Shown here piece after piece: positions 60,672 to 64,000 of a stretch of DNA of 64,000 bases (within the stretch, counting starts at the first letter, position 1; each line of letters begins with the position of its first letter). Below the pieces are notes generated by a model. The model saw only the letters and a program-made list of their open reading frames with translations, was not told the DNA's origin and did no database searches. The DNA is from Clostridia bacterium (GTDB lineage Bacteria; Bacillota; Clostridia; Oscillospirales; QAKW01): positions 31,333 through 95,332 of the forward strand of contig JAGBEI010000013.1 in assembly GCA_017937065.1 (NCBI GenBank). Reading direction: 5' to 3'. Made by a program: the position numbers and the translations under genes.

Positions 60672-61379
60672 TTATATAAGTGCCCGCAGCCCGTCAATAC
60701 TGTCAAAGCTGTGTTCGGGCATTTCCTCAAGACTGTACGGCCACGGACTGAGAGATTTTATCCAGACGGGCACATAGCCCGCCGCCCTGCAGGCGCGCAC
60801 ATCATTTAACGGATTGTCACCTACATAGTAAAGCTCGTCTGCCGGAATATTCAGCCTGCGCGCCATCTCGTCAAATATCCGAGGATTCGGTTTCCAGTAA
60901 TCATAATTTCTTTCATCTCCGCACATATGCTCGGCAAATTCACCTGATGTGAGTATCTCATCAAAAAGCTCACCAAACCCCAGCATCTCGATTTTGCGCC
61001 GCTGAAACTTATCGTCGCCGTTAGTTATAATTCCCAGCTTATATCCCGCCGTCCGCAAATCTTCAAGCAAACGGATAGTAAACGGAAACGGCACGGCATA
61101 TTTTTTAAAGCATTCACGTACAAAATCAGCAACCTTTTCGTATTTCGGAGTATTTTCAGCCTTAAAAAAGTGCTCTCTGCAAAGAGCTTCGTATACTCCC
61201 TCCCAGCCGCCTAAGATATACAGCGGCTCGGTATGTATAACATGCTCTATCGCACGTTCAATGTCGTAAGAGACATTTATATACGGAATGATACGTTCAC
61301 TTTCATTCAGCATTAAAGTCCTTATCGTTCCGTATCTGTCAAAAAGTGTGTTGTCCAAATCAAAAACAAATCCGCGCAT
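60672..61379 (-). CDS. HAD-superfamily hydrolase
   Basis: ATG 61379 lies 7 nt after GGAGG and gives MRGFVFDLDNTLF (motif I). GIITNG and VGDNPLNDV are also present. The track start at 61514 adds an implausible 45 aa. Confidence 0.8.
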   Translation of the reverse strand: MRGFVFDLDNTLFDRYGTIRTLMLNESERIIPYINVSYDIERAIEHVIHTEPLYILGGWEGVYEALCREHFFKAENTPKYEKVADFVRECFKKYAVPFPFTIRLLEDLRTAGYKLGIITNGDDKFQRRKIEMLGFGELFDEILTSGEFAEHMCGDERNYDYWKPNPRIFDEMARRLNIPADELYYVGDNPLNDVRACRAAGYVPVWIKSLSPWPYSLEEMPEHSFDSIDGLRALI

Positions 61380-61682
61380 TGCAGCTCCTCCAAGATTTTC
61401 AATAATGGGCAAAGCCCCGTCACGGGGCGTTTTGTCAGCAGTCAGTACCACTGCCGAAAAAACCGCTGCCGAAAAAAGTGAGTACAACCCGCCGCAGGTG
61501 ATGGCGTGCAGCATTTAGCTTTCGGTTGTAAATTACATTGAATATTATACGATAAACGTGATACGTTTGCAAGTTTTAAAAATAAATGTTTTTTCAGTAA
61601 ATATCAACAAAAAACACCCCGCGGGGAAAACCCGCAGGGTGTAAGCAGTGTTCAGTTAATGACGCAGGGGCGTCAGCTGAAA

Positions 61683-63530
61683 TTACTGACCGAACTTCAT
61701 GCTTTCTATGATGTAGTTCTGAACAATGTTGGCACCCTTGGTAGCCTCAGTTCTTACGTTGTAAGCTGCATCACCTGTGAAGCACTTGAAGAAGTTGGTG
61801 TCGGTACCGAGAGTCGAACCGGAGAAGTCGTTCATTGCAAGAGCAAATACAACATTCTTGGTAACGAAGTCAAAGTACTGTTTTCTCTGCTTGTAGTTAA
61901 AGTTGTAATACTCGAAGGTATTGAGGTTATCGAAGATAGTCTCGGTAAATCTGGTTGCCCACAGCTCCATGAACTTAAGAGCAATGTTTACGTTGTCCGG
62001 CTTGGATGTCTTCTTGGGAAGCATCATACCGAAACCGTAGTACTGGCAGATTTCCTTACCGTTTGCATTGTCAGACTTCGGATAGGGTACCCAGTTGATC
62101 TGAACCTTCTTGGAATACTCTGTATCGCGGTATACCTGGGTATACATGGTAGCGGACATGATTGTCGTACCGTTGTACAGACCGAGATGCTCTTTCTGGT
62201 TACCGGGGGATGTCTCAGAGCTGCAGCCGTAGTTTACAGAGTTACATACGCCTGTGATGAACTCCCACGCTTCAAGAGTCTCGGGCTTGAGCCAGTTGTT
62301 GATAAGCGCAGGTTTGTCAGCGTTAGCATCAATGTAAATACGGGGCGAGCCGTTTGTTGACGGCCAGATATAAGAAGCATTGGACGGCCACTGAACGAAA
62401 GCTACGAGATCCTCGCCGCGGTTGTTCTTAGCGGGTACGGATTTCATGTAATCGCTGAAGGATGACCAGCTCCATGCGCCCTTCTCCCACATAAGATGCG
62501 GGTCGGAAAGACCGAGCTCCTGTGTCAGAGTCTGATTGTACCAGATAACGTCAACAACACCGATAGGCGCGATAAGACGGAGTGTATTACCCCACTTGGC
62601 AGTATCCATGGTGTTTTTGCAGACGCCGGGTGAAGAACCTAAGTTGTTGATGTTGACAACGTCGGTGATTGAACGTGTAATACAGAGAGATGAAGGGAAT
62701 ACAACGTGGTTGGAGTATATGATATCGCACTGTTTGCCGGCATTCATAGCCTGAAGGGCTGCTTCAACCGATTTCTGGTGCTGGCTCTTTGTATACTTAA
62801 TGGTAAGACCATACTCTTTTTTGAGCTGTGAGAACCACTCCCACTCGTCGATTGTCACACCCTTTTCATTGCGGTATGACCATGCGGCAAAGTTATCCGC
62901 CGTGTAGAAAGCAAGAGTCTTTTTGTTAAGGTCTGTCAGCTTTGTGCCTGCGCGGACAAATCCTGTGTCGTCAATATTGAACGACGGAGCAAGCCCCTTA
63001 TTCTGCTGTCTGTCACGGTTGATGAGCGGGTTCTGGTCAAAGTTGTACTTGGAAGCCTCTGTCGCACGGCGCTCGGACTTCTCAAGACCCTGCTCCTCGT
63101 CGGGAATAAAGCCGTTGTCGTTTGTGATGGTTGTCTCGTAATGGAAATTCTCATCATAAGCTACATCGGTCTTGGTATCGGTAACGTTTCCGTCCTTATC
63201 CTCGGAATAACCGTCATGATGAGTTTTCTCATCATCGGATACGTTGACTTTATTACCGTTGCTGTCGGTAGAGGTACCGCCGCCGCTGCTGTTATTGCCG
63301 CCGCCGCTGCTGTTATTACCGCCGCCGCTGTTATTACCATCGGTGGAGGTGCCGCCTTCGTCGCCGTCTCCGCCTTCGGTATTTCCGCCTTCGGTACTGC
63401 CGCCCTCACCGTTGTCTGTATCGGCAACGCCGCCCTCGTCATCCGCCGGTCCCTTTTTACAGGAAACCGCCATTGACGCGAACATGAGAACAATAAGAAG
63501 TACCGCAAGATACCTGCTTAGTTTTTTCAT
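61683..63530 (-). CDS. Extracellular solute-binding lipoprotein (ABC SBP family-1-like) with a long Gly/Ser/Asn/Thr/Asp linker; orphan (no permease genes nearby)
   Basis: ATG 63530 gives MKKLSRYLAVLLIVLMFASMAVSC (lipobox). A low-complexity tether of about 100 aa follows, then a roughly 480-aa domain resembling sugar-type SBPs. Confidence 0.6.
   Translation of the reverse strand: MKKLSRYLAVLLIVLMFASMAVSCKKGPADDEGGVADTDNGEGGSTEGGNTEGGDGDEGGTSTDGNNSGGGNNSSGGGNNSSGGGTSTDSNGNKVNVSDDEKTHHDGYSEDKDGNVTDTKTDVAYDENFHYETTITNDNGFIPDEEQGLEKSERRATEASKYNFDQNPLINRDRQQNKGLAPSFNIDDTGFVRAGTKLTDLNKKTLAFYTADNFAAWSYRNEKGVTIDEWEWFSQLKKEYGLTIKYTKSQHQKSVEAALQAMNAGKQCDIIYSNHVVFPSSLCITRSITDVVNINNLGSSPGVCKNTMDTAKWGNTLRLIAPIGVVDVIWYNQTLTQELGLSDPHLMWEKGAWSWSSFSDYMKSVPAKNNRGEDLVAFVQWPSNASYIWPSTNGSPRIYIDANADKPALINNWLKPETLEAWEFITGVCNSVNYGCSSETSPGNQKEHLGLYNGTTIMSATMYTQVYRDTEYSKKVQINWVPYPKSDNANGKEICQYYGFGMMLPKKTSKPDNVNIALKFMELWATRFTETIFDNLNTFEYYNFNYKQRKQYFDFVTKNVVFALAMNDFSGSTLGTDTNFFKCFTGDAAYNVRTEATKGANIVQNYIIESMKFGQ
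63276..63335 (-). repeat. 2.9 copies of a 21-nt tandem repeat inside the SBP linker
   Basis: On the + strand the copies read (A/G)CCGCCGCCGCTGCTGTTATT twice, then a third copy lacking GCT. They encode NNSGGG-NNSSGGG-NNSSGGG. Confidence 0.85.
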
Positions 63531-64000
63531 ATTGCTTCTCCTTTTTAAAATTAAATACATTTTTATATTTTATTGCTGTCTGCAATAAAAGACGTACATC
63601 TGACAAACGCGGACTTATGTAATAAATCTATGCGGAAAGGTCCGCTTTTTATAAATTATACATAATTCCACAATACTTTGTCAATGAATTTTTAGATAAT
63701 TTTATCGGTTACCAAAAATTCTCTTGTTTTTGCCGCTCTTTTCAGGCAAAGACCGGACTTCGAATTTATTTTCCATCGCCTCACCTCTCTTTAAAGTCAA
63801 ATTCCCTTTACGTTTTCTCTGTATTTTCTTTGTTTCACCTATATATGTAACGAGAACTCAAAAATGTTGCATTTTTTTGAAGAATTTACAATCAAAATTG
63901 AACTTTGTTAATTTTGTATATTTTGGAATTTCGTTTTTGTGCAAAATGACATGCCGCCGTATATGAGTTCAAAGCAACAGCGAAAATTTCAGACTTGGTA

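Noticed and set aside
61659-62360. A 233-aa plus-strand ORF overlapping the SBP gene.
   Set aside because: It lies antisense to the SBP coding frame. It has low-complexity Val/Leu/Gly composition and no RBS.
63276-63335. Short tandem repeats that might be mistaken for a CRISPR-like or minisatellite locus.
   Set aside because: The repeats are directly adjacent with no spacers, lie in frame inside a coding region and encode a Gly/Ser/Asn linker. This is not a CRISPR array.
63702-63776. A 24-codon minus-strand mini-ORF (MENKFEVRSLPEKSGKNKRIFGNR) with a GAGAGGTGAGG RBS, upstream of the SBP gene.
   Set aside because: It is too short to evaluate without conservation data, and the SBP gene has its own promoter downstream of it. 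I recorded it but do not call it.
1-64000. I looked for mobile elements, prophage genes, CRISPR arrays, restriction-modification, toxin-antitoxin pairs and known defence systems.
   Set aside because: No transposase, integrase, recombinase, Cas, methylase-nuclease pair or repeat-spacer array is recognisable in any frame. The only compositional anomalies are the BNR gene region and the 24.86-25.66 kb patch, and both are reported as findings.

Overview
A 64-kb chromosomal segment from a mid/high-GC, spore-forming Firmicute. The gene content (spoVFAB, sigH, ylmC, SLH proteins, rnj, T-box) points to Clostridia, possibly Oscillospiraceae/Ruminococcaceae; that placement is inference only. I can support about 57 protein genes, one tRNA-Ser, a TPP riboswitch, a Met-type T-box, several promoters and operators, and many intrinsic terminators. 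I saw no rRNA, CRISPR array, transposase, integrase or phage genes.

Most of the window is housekeeping:
- serC, ung, rpsT, rnj, clpC, aroQ, rsmI and metY-metA
- a thiM-thiE-HAD-thiD-cytX-thiN thiamine salvage operon
- a znuABC-like zinc importer
- a two-component system

The outstanding feature is a single 9,957-nt gene (45313..55269). It encodes a 3,318-aa secreted mosaic protein with four beta-helix-like modules, four beta-sandwich linkers and three complete SGNH/GDSL esterase domains. Its layout reads as an ancient duplication of a roughly 5-kb super-module. A C9 tract and an 11-nt direct repeat lie upstream of it.

Secondary candidates:
- an unclassified terminator/antiterminator leader with three CACAAG loop motifs ahead of an ECF S-component gene
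- a roughly 180-nt structured leader with its own terminator ahead of a small double-zinc-ribbon membrane protein, in an AT-rich patch
- a tRNA-like element with a miniaturised anticodon arm after sigH
- a perfect 12-5-12 palindromic operator on the zinc-uptake promoter
- RNase J with a 115-aa basic N-terminal extension
- a low-GC, cytoplasmic BNR/sialidase-like gene

All calls come from reading the sequence and the ORF track by eye. No searches or computations were run.
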